From contig MFQZ01000010.1 in NCBI GenBank assembly GCA_001784435.1, positions 105,960-169,959 of the forward strand: DNA of 64,000 nucleotides. Reading direction: 5' to 3'. Source of the DNA: Candidatus Magasanikbacteria bacterium RIFOXYC2_FULL_42_28 (GTDB taxonomy: Bacteria > Patescibacteriota > Patescibacteriia > Magasanikbacterales > GWA2-37-8). Positions 19,204 to 28,284 of this stretch are shown here, piece by piece. Each line of letters begins with the position of its first letter. Position 1 is the stretch's first letter. Under the pieces are notes generated by a model. The model worked only from the letters and a program-made list of their open reading frames with translations, ran no database searches and was not told where the DNA came from. The position numbers and the translations under genes are program-made.

Positions 19204-19482
19204 TTACGCTTTCAAAGCGTCTTTTAACGCTTTCCCCGCCTTGAACTTCGGCACCGTCACCGCCGGAATCTGAATTTTTTCCGTTGGTTTTTGCGGGTTA
19301 ACACCCACTCGTCCGGCTCGTTTGCGCGCGGAAAAGGCGCCAAAACCGGTCAATACTACTTCTTGGCCAGATTTTAATGCTTCCGTCACCAATTCGGTAA
19401 AAGTATTTAACATGTTTTCGGTTTCCCGTTTGGACATGTTTAATTTCTCGGCTAATTTTTGTGATAGTTCGGCTTTATTCAT
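19204..19482 (-). CDS. hup: HU family DNA-binding protein
   Basis: MNKAELSQKLAEKLNMSKRETENMLNTFTELVTEAL...GFGAFSARKRAGRVGVNPQK. Confidence 0.85.
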   Translation of the reverse strand: MNKAELSQKLAEKLNMSKRETENMLNTFTELVTEALKSGQEVVLTGFGAFSARKRAGRVGVNPQKPTEKIQIPAVTVPKFKAGKALKDALKA

Positions 19483-19544
19483 AGTTTTAGATATGTTAAG
19501 AGTAATGATTACGATAATATTATAGCACCCGTGGTTTATTTTGG

Positions 19545-19735
19545 CTATAAATAGGTAAAATAGTTATCCACAGGGCTTCGCCTTCGGCTACGCCCTGTAA
19601 ACTACACTCTATTTATTTTAGTGATTTAGTTTACCCGGCATAGCGTAGCGAAGTCGGGCCCTGTAAACTAATCATTTTTTACCACAACGTAGCACGCAAG
19701 CCCTACTTGTAGGGCGTAGCCTTAGCGAAGCCCTA
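19545..19735. repeat. cluster of GC-rich hairpins (cagggc..gccctg, gccctacttgtagggc) with gcgtagcgaagcc motifs and one TTATCCACA
   Basis: Direct and inverted repeats visible; motif shared with 42490-42535. Confidence 0.5.
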
Positions 19736-21271
19736 TCTCGCATATTCAATCACCCTTGTCTCTCTGATCATCGTAATTCTAATTTCACCCGGGTACTGCA
19801 ATTCCTCTTCAATTTTGCGAGCGATATCTTTGGCTAATTGGACGGTGCCGTAATCATCCACTTCATTTGGGCGGATAAACACGCGTACCTCGCGACCGGC
19901 TTGAATAGCATAGACCTTTTCCACGCCCGGGAACGAGGCGGCGGTTTTTTCCAAGTCCTCTAAACGAGCGACAAACAATTCAAAAGTATCACGTCTGGCA
20001 CCCACGCGCGCGCCGGAAATGGCGTCAGCCGCTTTGGCAATGCAGGCATAAATACTCGTCGGGTGGTCAATGTGATGGTCGCGGGCGGCTTCGCAGGTGT
20101 CATCGTCCATGTTGAATTTTTTCAAAATGGTGTAGCCGATGGCCGGATGCGCGCCTTGGGTTTCTTGATCAACGGCTTTGCCAATATCGTGGAAAAATCC
20201 GGCGCGTTTGGCTTTGGCTGGGTCTACGCCCCCGATTTCACTAGCAATAACCGCGGCCAACTGTCCCACCTCCATCGAGTGGTTCATAATATTTTGGCCG
20301 TAAGAAGTGCGGTATTTTAACCGGCCGACAATGCCAACTAATTTCGGATCAATACCGGTGATGCCCATTTTTAATAAGGCCTCTTCGCCGGCTTTACGAA
20401 TATCAATGGATAATTCTTGTTTGGCTTTTTCCACAAACTCTTCAATGCGCGCTGGTTGGATGCGACCGTCCGCCATTAATTTGGTTAAGGCGATGCGAGC
20501 GACTTCACGGCGGATAGGGGAGAAGCACGAAATCATAATTGAGTCTGGAGTGTCGTCAATAATCAACTCACAGCCGGTCAATTTTTCAATGGTTTTAATG
20601 TTGCGTCCTTCTTTGCCAATGATACGTCCTTTCATATCATCGGACGGCAGTGGCACCATGGAGGCGGTCGTTTCGGCCGAGTGCGAAGAAGCATTGCGTT
20701 GAATCGCGTCCAAAATTATATCACGCGCTTTGGCTTCGTAAACTTCGGAATTTTCTTTGTCTAATTTAACAATGCGGTTCATTAAATCGCCTTTGCTTTC
20801 TTCTTCCACCATTTCCAGCAAGCGCAATTTCGCTTCGTCTTTGGTTAAAGAAGCCACGGCCTGCAGTTTTTCCATCTGTTGCATTTTCAAAGTTTCAATT
20901 TCCAGCTTGATTGCTTTCACGCGCTCTACTTTTTCCATTAATTTGGTTTGATCGCCTTGGAGCTCCAATAACTTTTGGTCAAAAGTGGTTTCGCGTTTTT
21001 CCAAGCGCAATTGCGCGGCCGCTAATTCGTTTTTGGCTTGGCGTTCTTCGTGCTTGGCTTCGTCGATCATTTTTTGCGCTTTTTCTTTGCCTTCCAGGAC
21101 TAATTCCTGTTGTTTGGTTTTGGCCTCGGCCATGATTTTTTCCGCCTTGGCCTCCAAAGAATTGGCTTGGTTTTTGGCTAAACTTTTTCGCAAAAAATAG
21201 CCGGCGGTAACGCCGATGCCGATGGCCACAATGGCCGTGCCGAGTAGGGTAAAGAGAGTTTCTGTTTCCAT
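19733..21271 (-). CDS. rny: ribonuclease Y
   Basis: N-terminal TM, coiled coil, KH domain and HD domain (HDIGK). Confidence 0.9.
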   Translation of the reverse strand: METETLFTLLGTAIVAIGIGVTAGYFLRKSLAKNQANSLEAKAEKIMAEAKTKQQELVLEGKEKAQKMIDEAKHEERQAKNELAAAQLRLEKRETTFDQKLLELQGDQTKLMEKVERVKAIKLEIETLKMQQMEKLQAVASLTKDEAKLRLLEMVEEESKGDLMNRIVKLDKENSEVYEAKARDIILDAIQRNASSHSAETTASMVPLPSDDMKGRIIGKEGRNIKTIEKLTGCELIIDDTPDSIMISCFSPIRREVARIALTKLMADGRIQPARIEEFVEKAKQELSIDIRKAGEEALLKMGITGIDPKLVGIVGRLKYRTSYGQNIMNHSMEVGQLAAVIASEIGGVDPAKAKRAGFFHDIGKAVDQETQGAHPAIGYTILKKFNMDDDTCEAARDHHIDHPTSIYACIAKAADAISGARVGARRDTFELFVARLEDLEKTAASFPGVEKVYAIQAGREVRVFIRPNEVDDYGTVQLAKDIARKIEEELQYPGEIRITMIRETRVIEYAR

Positions 21272-21275
21272 ATAA

Positions 21276-21303
21276 AATAAAAATCCTCAATTTTGAGGAT
21301 GTA
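21276..21303 (-). terminator. possible terminator hairpin downstream of truB
   Basis: atcctcaaaattgaggat followed by TTTTATTTT on the - strand. Confidence 0.35.
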
Positions 21304-21562
21304 AAATCGTGGGCAGCGCGTATTTTTACGCCCGTCCGGTTGACTGGGTTGATTTAAAAGTTGAAATACAAAAACCGCCCTAGTTTTTCTTTTTAGGTGT
21401 CAAAATTGACAAATTGTTAAGAAGAAACAGACAGTTTTTACGCATATTTAAGGGAAATAGGAGCGTATTCAATCAACTTTCAAAATAAAGTCAAACCGAT
21501 TAAATCCTCAAAATGTTTTAAAAATTACTATACATATAGTATAACACCAATGAGGTATTTTG

Positions 21563-22405
21563 TCAATCGGCCAATATATTGGGGTTTTTGGTTGCTTCGG
21601 CTGGTGAGCGAGCATCGGTCAAACCGTATTCCCCAATTTGGGTCCTTGTCAAGGCCTGGCAGTAGGCCCCGGTGCCGAGTTTTTTGCCAATGTCTTCGGC
21701 GAGGGTGCGGATGTAAGTGCCGGCCGAGCAGGTGACTTCTATTGTTAAATTTGGCCAGACGTAGTCCAGAAGTTTGATGTCATAAATTTCAATTGCCGAT
21801 GGTTTGCGTTCCACGGTTTTGCCCACGCGAGCAAGTTCGTATAATTTTTTGCCAGCGATTTTTTTGGCGCTGTACATCGGGGGAACTTGCTTATTTTTGC
21901 CAATGAAAGATTTAATAATTTTTTGTGTTAGTTCTAGTGTCGGTGGAATTGGTGAGAGAATATTGAATATTGGATATTGAATATTAGTGTCCGGTCGTCC
22001 AATTGTCATTCCGACAGAGGCTCGCGCCGACGAGGAATCTCCATCCCGTCCAATTTTCTTTAATATCCAATATTTAATATTTAATATCCAAGACTTTTTT
22101 TGAAAGGGAATGATTGTCCCAGTGCAGTCGCCCGTATCCGAAACAGCGCCAAGCCGTATCGTCGCCACATAAGTTTTTCGTAAATTTTTAAATTCATCCA
22201 ACCGCTTAGTCGCCTCGCGCCCCACGCCCACAATTAACAAACCAGTCGCAAACGGATCCAAAGTGCCAGCATGCCCCACCCGAATATTTTTTGGCGCGCC
22301 GTTATTAATCAAATTTTTACGAATAAACCCAACCACATCAAAACTAGTCCAGTTGATTGGTTTATTGATAAGGAGGAAATTTGTGGGTAATTGTGTTTTG
22401 GTCAT
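21563..22405 (-). CDS. truB: tRNA pseudouridine(55) synthase
   Basis: GHAGTLDPFATGLLIVGVG catalytic motif; about 45 aa in-frame insert from a composite repeat. Confidence 0.9.
   Translation of the reverse strand: MTKTQLPTNFLLINKPINWTSFDVVGFIRKNLINNGAPKNIRVGHAGTLDPFATGLLIVGVGREATKRLDEFKNLRKTYVATIRLGAVSDTGDCTGTIIPFQKKSWILNIKYWILKKIGRDGDSSSARASVGMTIGRPDTNIQYPIFNILSPIPPTLELTQKIIKSFIGKNKQVPPMYSAKKIAGKKLYELARVGKTVERKPSAIEIYDIKLLDYVWPNLTIEVTCSAGTYIRTLAEDIGKKLGTGAYCQALTRTQIGEYGLTDARSPAEATKNPNILAD
21959..22092. repeat. composite MITE-like element inside truB: AT-rich inverted arms (attgaatattggatattgaatatt / aatatccaatatttaatattt) flanking a family A core
   Basis: Core tgtcattccgacagaggctcgcgccgacgaggaatctccatcccgtc; translated in frame as SWILNIKYWILKKIGRDGDSSSARASVGMTIGRPDTNIQYPIFNILSPI. 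Confidence 0.75.
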
Positions 22406-22501
22406 GGCGATATATTAGCAGGTTAGAGACGGTGGGGCAAGGTGCTTGATTTTTCTACATATTTATGGTATTATAATGGTATAGAAATGAATACTATTTT
22501 T

Positions 22502-22735
22502 ATGTCAAAATCTTTACACTACAATTTATTTTTTCGCCCAGAACCGGAAGGCGGTTTTACAGTCGTAGTGCCGGCTTTGCCGGGTTGTGTTAGTTACGGG
22601 CGCGATTTAAACGAAGCCCAAGCAATGGCTACTGACGCTATTGGCGCGTATTTAAAAAGTGTGCGCAAACATCGCGGTGATGTTGTCAGTGATAAAAATA
22701 GTTTTATCTCTTCGGTAGATGTCGCTTATGCCTAA
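22502..22735 (+). CDS. hicB: HicB-family antitoxin
   Basis: YNLFFRPEPEGGFTVVVPALPGCVSYGRDLNEAQAMATDAIGAYL (UPF0150/HicB fold). Confidence 0.65.
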   Translation: MSKSLHYNLFFRPEPEGGFTVVVPALPGCVSYGRDLNEAQAMATDAIGAYLKSVRKHRGDVVSDKNSFISSVDVAYA

Positions 22736-22931
22736 AACGCCGCGGTTAACTTCCAAACAAGTAATAAAAATTTTGGAAAATAACGATTTTGTTTTAGATC
22801 ATGTTTTCGGAAGCCACTATGTTTTTTATCGTGCTTCTGATAAAAGGCGAGCGGTGGTACCGTATCATACCAAAAATTTACCGATTGGGACTTTAAAAAG
22901 TATTTTGCGTTCGGCGGAGATTGAGATTTAG
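22728..22931 (+). CDS. hicA: HicA-family toxin
   Basis: MPKTPRLTSKQVIKILENNDFVLDHVFGSHYVF...VVPYHTKNLPIGTLKSILRSAEI matches the HicA consensus. Confidence 0.7.
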   Translation: MPKTPRLTSKQVIKILENNDFVLDHVFGSHYVFYRASDKRRAVVPYHTKNLPIGTLKSILRSAEIEI

Positions 22932-22972
22932 TAATTTTGTCATCTCCGTGAAAACGCGGATCCAGTCGCAGA

Positions 22973-23002
22973 TTGTCATTGCGAGCAAAGCGAAGCAATC
23001 TG
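22973..23002. repeat. family B repeat (ttgtcattgcgagcaaagcgaagcaatctg), preceded by an A-like degenerate copy at 22936-22971
   Basis: Sequence identity to the other B copies. Confidence 0.65.
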
Positions 23003-23080
23003 TACAACAGGCGTAACGTCTGTTTTTTGTTTGCATATTTAGCTCTGCCTCGTAAAGCCATAGCAAAAATGGTGACAGCC

Positions 23081-23124
23081 TGTGGATAACTTATTTGCCA
23101 AAAGCGGTTGGGGGGGGGGTATAC
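23081..23124 (+). promoter_or_regulatory. conserved promoter module copy 1: TGTGGATAA - TTGCCA(-35) - 18 nt spacer ending in G10 - TATACT(-10)
   Basis: Near-identical modules at 44804, 46537, 47787; G-run at 23109-23118. Confidence 0.45.
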
Positions 23125-23163
23125 TTATATGGAGAAAAATTTTATTTTTAATTTTTTAAAAAT

Positions 23164-23658
23164 ATGCGATCAGAAATTTCTTCTGAAGTGAGAGGCAAAA
23201 ACACGGATGTGGCGGTAGATAAATTACGAGAATATTTAGCTACTCATTATAGTTATACAAATGAAGATGGGGCTGATTCTGTAATTAACGAAAGAGATGC
23301 CGCCTCTGTTGTGGCGCTGTTTCCAGAGCTCTCAGTGGCTGTTGTCAGTGAAGAAATTAGGAAAAATAATCAATGGAACGAAGAAACTCGAGACAACAAA
23401 GTACAAAATAGAGAAATCTTTTTGAAAACATTAGACGGAGAAATTAAAACTTATGAAGATGCCGTACGAATGTTTCCGTCATTGCATGCGGAAGAAATTT
23501 TAGATTCTTTTGCTTGTGGACAATCTGGGATTCTAGAAAGAAAAATAAAAGATGGTAGTATCATGACAACGGAGCAGTGTGAGAAGGAATTTCAATGGCT
23601 GTTAATAAATTCACCAGTTAGATATGGGCAGGCGTTGTTATACTTATCACAAAAATAA
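23164..23658 (+). CDS. hypothetical protein (cargo gene behind promoter module 1)
   Basis: ORF with ATG about 40 nt downstream of the module; acidic, no TM or signal peptide. Confidence 0.45.
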   Translation: MRSEISSEVRGKNTDVAVDKLREYLATHYSYTNEDGADSVINERDAASVVALFPELSVAVVSEEIRKNNQWNEETRDNKVQNREIFLKTLDGEIKTYEDAVRMFPSLHAEEILDSFACGQSGILERKIKDGSIMTTEQCEKEFQWLLINSPVRYGQALLYLSQK

Positions 23659-23747
23659 TAAGTGAATTAAAGTAGGTAATTAATCGGAGTGTTTACTTGT
23701 CTTTGGTAGTTGTAGGTAAATATTTAAAATTTTAATTTTAATTTAAT

Positions 23748-24335
23748 ATGTCGCCTGACAAAAACAGTTCAGTAGATCATTCTGTTATTTTTGAAAAAGC
23801 AAAAAATGTAGCAAATTTACATTTAGAAAGTCCAAGAGGAATAATGGATAACGACAAACGACAACTTGAGACAGCAATTGGTATTGGGTCGCCTGAAGGT
23901 TTGTTCAAACTAACACCTGAAGCAACCATGGTAATGATTGAAAATTCTGCCGAAGAACTAGCTAAAGGTTTTAGCAGTGCGAAGTTTTTAGAATTGGCGC
24001 GTTTTTTGATTGGAAAACCATCCAGCAATGTAGATGGGAGTTGGAGCAACCAACCGTTATTGGACGCGTTAGATAAAGTTGAAAAAGGTGATTTAGCCGG
24101 TATCCAAGAGTTGGAGGGATTGTACGAAAAGTCAAAACATAGAGATGAAGATGAATACACTGGAGATTCACGGATAAATTCACAAGTATTGATCGTCGCA
24201 AAGACTGTGGCTGGACAAATAGGTGCAGCTCAAGCATTGCGTGAAATTGCAAGAGCGTCCTCGTATGGGAGCATGGGTCAAAATATAGGAACAGCAGCAA
24301 ATAGAAAAATTTTAGAGATGGCACTTAGGGCGTAA
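23748..24335 (+). CDS. hypothetical protein
   Basis: 195 aa ORF, no recognisable motif. Confidence 0.4.
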   Translation: MSPDKNSSVDHSVIFEKAKNVANLHLESPRGIMDNDKRQLETAIGIGSPEGLFKLTPEATMVMIENSAEELAKGFSSAKFLELARFLIGKPSSNVDGSWSNQPLLDALDKVEKGDLAGIQELEGLYEKSKHRDEDEYTGDSRINSQVLIVAKTVAGQIGAAQALREIARASSYGSMGQNIGTAANRKILEMALRA

Positions 24336-24390
24336 GAATAAGCCACTGCAAGTTCAGCGTATTTATTGTATTGATAACTTTAGCACACTT

Positions 24391-24442
24391 ACAAAAAACC
24401 GGCCTCTAAAAAGCCGGTTTAATTTTGGGATTGGGCCGGCGA
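24391..24442. repeat. 52-bp direct repeat copy 1 (acaaaaaaccggcctctaaaaagccggtttaattttgggattgggccggcg), contains a terminator-like hairpin
   Basis: Near-identical copy at 25322-25374. Confidence 0.75.
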
Positions 24443-24450
24443 CAGAAGTG

Positions 24451-24696
24451 TCAGCCGGCCTTGGGGGTGGGATGGGCGAGCGTGGTGTTACGAAGCGGAT
24501 GCTTCGCGCGCCATGAGCGGGTGGGAGCGGTGCGGTAGCTTCTCCCGCAATCCTGGCACTTATCGGCCTGGATTACGGTGCCGTAACCAGAGTATAGTAC
24601 CTCCATGTAGGTTTTTTGTTCGCACCAGTGGCAGAACTTACAACCGGTCTCCATCTCACACCTCCTTACCTCAAATTCTCTCATCATCATCATCAT
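24451..24696 (-). CDS. Cys-rich zinc-ribbon protein (GC-rich ORF), function unknown
   Basis: CKFCHWC...CQDCG cysteine pairs; begins with five Met codons, so start is uncertain; locally about 58% GC. Confidence 0.35.
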   Translation of the reverse strand: MMMMMREFEVRRCEMETGCKFCHWCEQKTYMEVLYSGYGTVIQADKCQDCGRSYRTAPTRSWRAKHPLRNTTLAHPTPKAG

Positions 24697-24852
24697 TTGT
24701 CAAATACATGTATTTTCTTAAACAGTAAAAATGTGTTATAATTACTAGCGTTGAGCCAAAAGAAAGCATGCTTTCTTTTGCGAGACGCGAAGTAATTTCA
24801 AGCTCCGCTTATAGTAATATTGAACTAAATTAGCGCAATTTAAAAAAACAAT

Positions 24853-25473
24853 ATGAACGAACCAATTGGAGATACTACCGAAACAACAAAAATCGCTCTT
24901 TTTAAGGGTAGGCAGATTAGAAAAATATTTTATCAGAATGAGTGGTGGTTTTCGGTTGTTGATGTTATTGAAGCGTTAACGGAAACCGAAAGACCGCGAA
25001 AGTATTGGAGTGATTTAAAGAAAAAGTTGATAGCAGAAGGATATTCCGAGTTGTCCGAAAATATCGGACAACTGAAATTGCCGTCAGCGGATGGAAAATT
25101 TTACGAAACTGATTGCGCTAATGCCGAGAGTATTTTTCGTCTGATCCAATCAATTCCCTCACCCAAAGCCGAGCCGTTTAAGCGCTGGCTCGCGAAAGTT
25201 GGTTATGAGCGGGTGCAGGAAATTGAAAATCCAGAATTGGCGGTCAAACGGACTCGCACGCTTTACAAGTTAAAAAGGTATGGTGAAGATTGGATAGAAA
25301 AAATTTTGTTAAATTACATTTACAAAAAACCGGCCTCTAAAAAGCCGGTTTTAATTTTGGGATTGGGCCGGCGGACAGGGGTGCCAATTGACTTATCATT
25401 AAAAATCAGATATAATGGAACCACTAATCTAATATCGCTAATCTTCACGAATAATATTTGTGTTGATTCGTGA
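24853..25473 (+). CDS. Bro-N domain protein (phage antirepressor-like)
   Basis: KIALFKGRQIRKIFYQNEWWFSVVDVIEAL resembles the Bro-N/KilA-N motif; 3' end runs into the second direct-repeat copy. Confidence 0.45.
   Translation: MNEPIGDTTETTKIALFKGRQIRKIFYQNEWWFSVVDVIEALTETERPRKYWSDLKKKLIAEGYSELSENIGQLKLPSADGKFYETDCANAESIFRLIQSIPSPKAEPFKRWLAKVGYERVQEIENPELAVKRTRTLYKLKRYGEDWIEKILLNYIYKKPASKKPVLILGLGRRTGVPIDLSLKIRYNGTTNLISLIFTNNICVDS
25322..25374. repeat. 52-bp direct repeat copy 2
   Basis: tacaaaaaaccggcctctaaaaagccggttttaattttgggattgggccggcg. Confidence 0.75.
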
Positions 25474-25489
25474 TTAAAATTCGTGGTTC

Positions 25490-27505
25490 ATGAATGTATC
25501 CGAACTCGCTCGAAAATTACGCGTCCACCCTAAAAAGCTCTTGGAAATATTGCCGGAGTTTGGTTTTGATATTGGGGCGCGGGCGGTGAAAGTTGATGAT
25601 CGCGTGGCCGAACAGATTACGAAAGCGTGGCGCCGGATTAAATTTGTATTGGAGCAACGCGAGACCCAAGAGCGCGAAAAACAAAAACAATTGGAAAAAG
25701 AACAACGTCAACAAAGTGGGGCGGAAATTGCGGTGCCGTCTTTAATTACGGTGCGCGAATTTGCTGATTTACTCCAAATGCCAATTAATAAATTGATGTT
25801 GGAATTAATGAAGAACGGAATTTTGGCAGCGCAAAATGAAAAAATTGACCGCGTCAGCGCGACGATTATTGCCGAAGAACTTGGGTTCAATGTGCGCGCG
25901 GAAGAAAAATCCACCAACAATGTTGCCGATGATAGTGTCCATACTTCTGATTTAGAAATGGCTTTAAAAGAAGGTGGCACGCCACGCCCACCAGTAGTTG
26001 TCGTAATGGGTCACGTTGACCACGGTAAAACAAAATTATTAGATGCGATTCGTAATACTGATGTGGTCGCTGGCGAAGCCGGTGGTATTACCCAACACAT
26101 TGGCGCGTATCAAGTGATTTGGACTAATCCCAAAACCAAAGAATTAACACCCTTAACTTTTATTGATACTCCGGGCCACGAAGCGTTTACCGTAATGCGT
26201 TCGCGTGGTGCGAAAGTTGCTGACATTGCGATTCTGGTCGTCGCGGCTGATGATGGCGTGAAACCGCAAACCATTGAAGCGATAAATATTATCAAAGCGG
26301 CGAAATTGCCGGTCGTGGTCGCGATTAATAAAATTGACCGCGAGGGTGCGGATTTAAAAAGAACGCGTAATGATTTGTCTCTGCACGGATTAGTTGCCGA
26401 TGATTGGGGCGGCGAAACACCGGTCGTGGAAATTTCGGCCAAGCACAATACTAATATTGATAAGCTATTAGACACGGTGATGCTCGTCGCCGATATGAAC
26501 GCGACGGCTATTTGCGCCGAGCCGAATCGCGCGGCCGCCGGAACGGTAATTGACGCGCGCGTGGACAAAGGTCAGGGGCCGGTCGCGACTGTGCTGGTGC
26601 AAACCGGAACTTTGAAAGTGAATGATCCGCTCGTTATCAACGGCGAAATTTACGGCAAAGTGCGCGCGATGAAAAATTATCGCGGGGAAAATATTTTGAC
26701 AGCGACACCATCCACCCCGATTAGAATTTTAGGTTTTAAAGTGGCTCCCCAGATGGGAGATGTGTTGGATGTGGGCAAATCCGCCGGTGCCAGTGAAGTG
26801 GATTTACGCGCCAAACGCACAGCGCAATCGGGCGCGGAACAACGCACGCCGGTTGTAGTTGATGAAGATGACGAAAATAAACATCAGTGGTATAATGTAG
26901 TGGTGAAAGCCGATGTGCTCGGGTCTTTGGAGGCCTTTATTGCGTCTTTGGAAAAATTAAAAAATGATGAGGTGGGTGTGAAAGTTGTGGGCAAGGGTTT
27001 GGGCAATATCACGGCTGATGATGTGGAATTGGCCAAGACAACCGGCGCGACAATTTATGGTTTTAATGTAAACGCGTCTACGCTGGCTCTCCAAATGATG
27101 GATGTGGCCGGTGTGAAATTTGAAAAAGATAAAATTATTTATAATTTGTTAAATTTAATTAAGAAGCAATTAGAAACAATGTTGAATCCAGAATTAGTAA
27201 CGACGGAACTGGGGAATTTTAAAGTGGTGCAAATTTTCCGCACGGAAAAGAATTTGATGATTGTGGGCGGGCGGGTGGAAATGGGTAAATTAGTACGTGA
27301 TTGTTTCGCGCGCGTTAAACGTGCCGGGGAGATTGTTGGCAAAGGAAAATTAATAAAATTACAATCCGCCAAACAGGATATGAGTGAATTGCCGGCTGGT
27401 AACGAAGGCGGTGTGCAATTTGAAGGCAAGTTGGAATTGGAAGTGGGCGATATTTTGGAAGGATATATTGAGACAAAGAAAGAAAAGAAATTAGTGTTGA
27501 GTTAA
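25490..27505 (+). CDS. infB: translation initiation factor IF-2
   Basis: GTPase motifs [21 protein letters not shown]; IF-2 C-terminal domains. Confidence 0.95.
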   Translation: MNVSELARKLRVHPKKLLEILPEFGFDIGARAVKVDDRVAEQITKAWRRIKFVLEQRETQEREKQKQLEKEQRQQSGAEIAVPSLITVREFADLLQMPINKLMLELMKNGILAAQNEKIDRVSATIIAEELGFNVRAEEKSTNNVADDSVHTSDLEMALKEGGTPRPPVVVVMGHVDHGKTKLLDAIRNTDVVAGEAGGITQHIGAYQVIWTNPKTKELTPLTFIDTPGHEAFTVMRSRGAKVADIAILVVAADDGVKPQTIEAINIIKAAKLPVVVAINKIDREGADLKRTRNDLSLHGLVADDWGGETPVVEISAKHNTNIDKLLDTVMLVADMNATAICAEPNRAAAGTVIDARVDKGQGPVATVLVQTGTLKVNDPLVINGEIYGKVRAMKNYRGENILTATPSTPIRILGFKVAPQMGDVLDVGKSAGASEVDLRAKRTAQSGAEQRTPVVVDEDDENKHQWYNVVVKADVLGSLEAFIASLEKLKNDEVGVKVVGKGLGNITADDVELAKTTGATIYGFNVNASTLALQMMDVAGVKFEKDKIIYNLLNLIKKQLETMLNPELVTTELGNFKVVQIFRTEKNLMIVGGRVEMGKLVRDCFARVKRAGEIVGKGKLIKLQSAKQDMSELPAGNEGGVQFEGKLELEVGDILEGYIETKKEKKLVLS

Positions 27506-27512
27506 TCAGGTC

Positions 27513-27597
27513 ACGCGCTATACAACTTTTTTTCAAAAGGCGTAAGCTTGGCCGAGCGGCCTAGAGTGTACTTTTGAAAAACAGTTGTATGGCGCGC
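27513..27597. repeat. long imperfect palindrome (about 26 bp arms: gcgctatacaactttttttcaaaag / cttttgaaaaacagttgtatggcgc) with inner hairpin ggccgagcggcc
   Basis: Inverted repeat seen directly; could be a terminator or small structured RNA after infB. Confidence 0.45.
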
Positions 27598-27771
27598 CCC
27601 GCTAACTAATTAATATTCAAATAAATATTTTAATTATTAATATAATTCTATGAATTCAGCACTACGTTCGCGTGTTGCGCATAGTCGCAAAAATACCAAG
27701 AAGGGCAAATCCCTCAAATTAAAGAAGTCGCGCAAATATTGCAAAATATAATCAGTATTAATTTTGTAATT

Positions 27772-27825
27772 TTGTCATCCCGAGTGAGGACTCCCGACTT
27801 AGTCGGGACGAGGGATCTCTGTCCA
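27772..27825. repeat. family A repeat (ttgtcatcccgagtgaggactcccgacttagtcgggacgagggatctctgtcc)
   Basis: Intergenic copy upstream of trxA. Confidence 0.75.
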
Positions 27826-27842
27826 GTTCATCATCACTGGTA

Positions 27843-27887
27843 ATCTTCAATCTTAAATCTTCAATCTTAAATCTTCAATCTTAAATC
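27843..27887. repeat. tandem repeat, 14-bp unit aatcttcaatctta x3, in the trxA 5' UTR
   Basis: Direct tandem copies ending 4 nt before the trxA ATG. Confidence 0.8.
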
Positions 27888-27891
27888 ACAT

Positions 27892-28215
27892 ATGGAACAC
27901 ACATTCACTGACGCTAATTTCGATGCTGAAGTAATTAAATCCGACGTACCAGTGTTAGTCGATTTTTGGGCGCCTTGGTGTGGCCCTTGCCAAATGATGG
28001 GGCCAATCGTGGAAGAGTTGGCCAAAGAAAGCGTTGGCAAAAAATTTAAAATTGGGAAATTAAATGTGGACGATAACCAAAACACGGCCGGGCAATACAA
28101 TGTGATGAGCATTCCGACCTTTTTGGTGTTTAAAGGCGGGCAGGCCGTTGATCAAGTTACCGGCGGTGTGCAAAAAGAAAAATTACAGGAATTGGTGGAT
28201 AAATATAGCAAGTAA
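27892..28215 (+). CDS. trxA: thioredoxin
   Basis: WAPWCGPC active site, 107 aa. Confidence 0.9.
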   Translation: MEHTFTDANFDAEVIKSDVPVLVDFWAPWCGPCQMMGPIVEELAKESVGKKFKIGKLNVDDNQNTAGQYNVMSIPTFLVFKGGQAVDQVTGGVQKEKLQELVDKYSK

Positions 28216-28284
28216 AATTTTGGATTGACATAACCCGTGCTTAGTTCTACAATACTAGCACGGGTTTTTTAATATAAAAAATAT

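Noticed and set aside
19545-19735. oriC candidate because of the TTATCCACA and GC hairpins
   Set aside because: It has only one DnaA box, no dnaA or dnaN nearby and no AT-rich unwinding element pattern. It is more likely a repeat or terminator cluster.
20063-20702. + strand ORFs inside rny
   Set aside because: They are antisense to a well-supported RNase Y gene.
27650-27751. 33-codon very basic ORF (MNSALRSRVAHSRKNTKKGKSLKLKKSRKYCKI) resembling a small ribosomal protein
   Set aside because: It has no convincing match to a known ribosomal protein family that I can recall and it is below the ORF-track threshold. Left uncalled.
27843-27887. Possible CRISPR array
   Set aside because: It has only three 14-bp tandem units and no spacers. 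It is a simple tandem repeat, and no cas genes are in the window.
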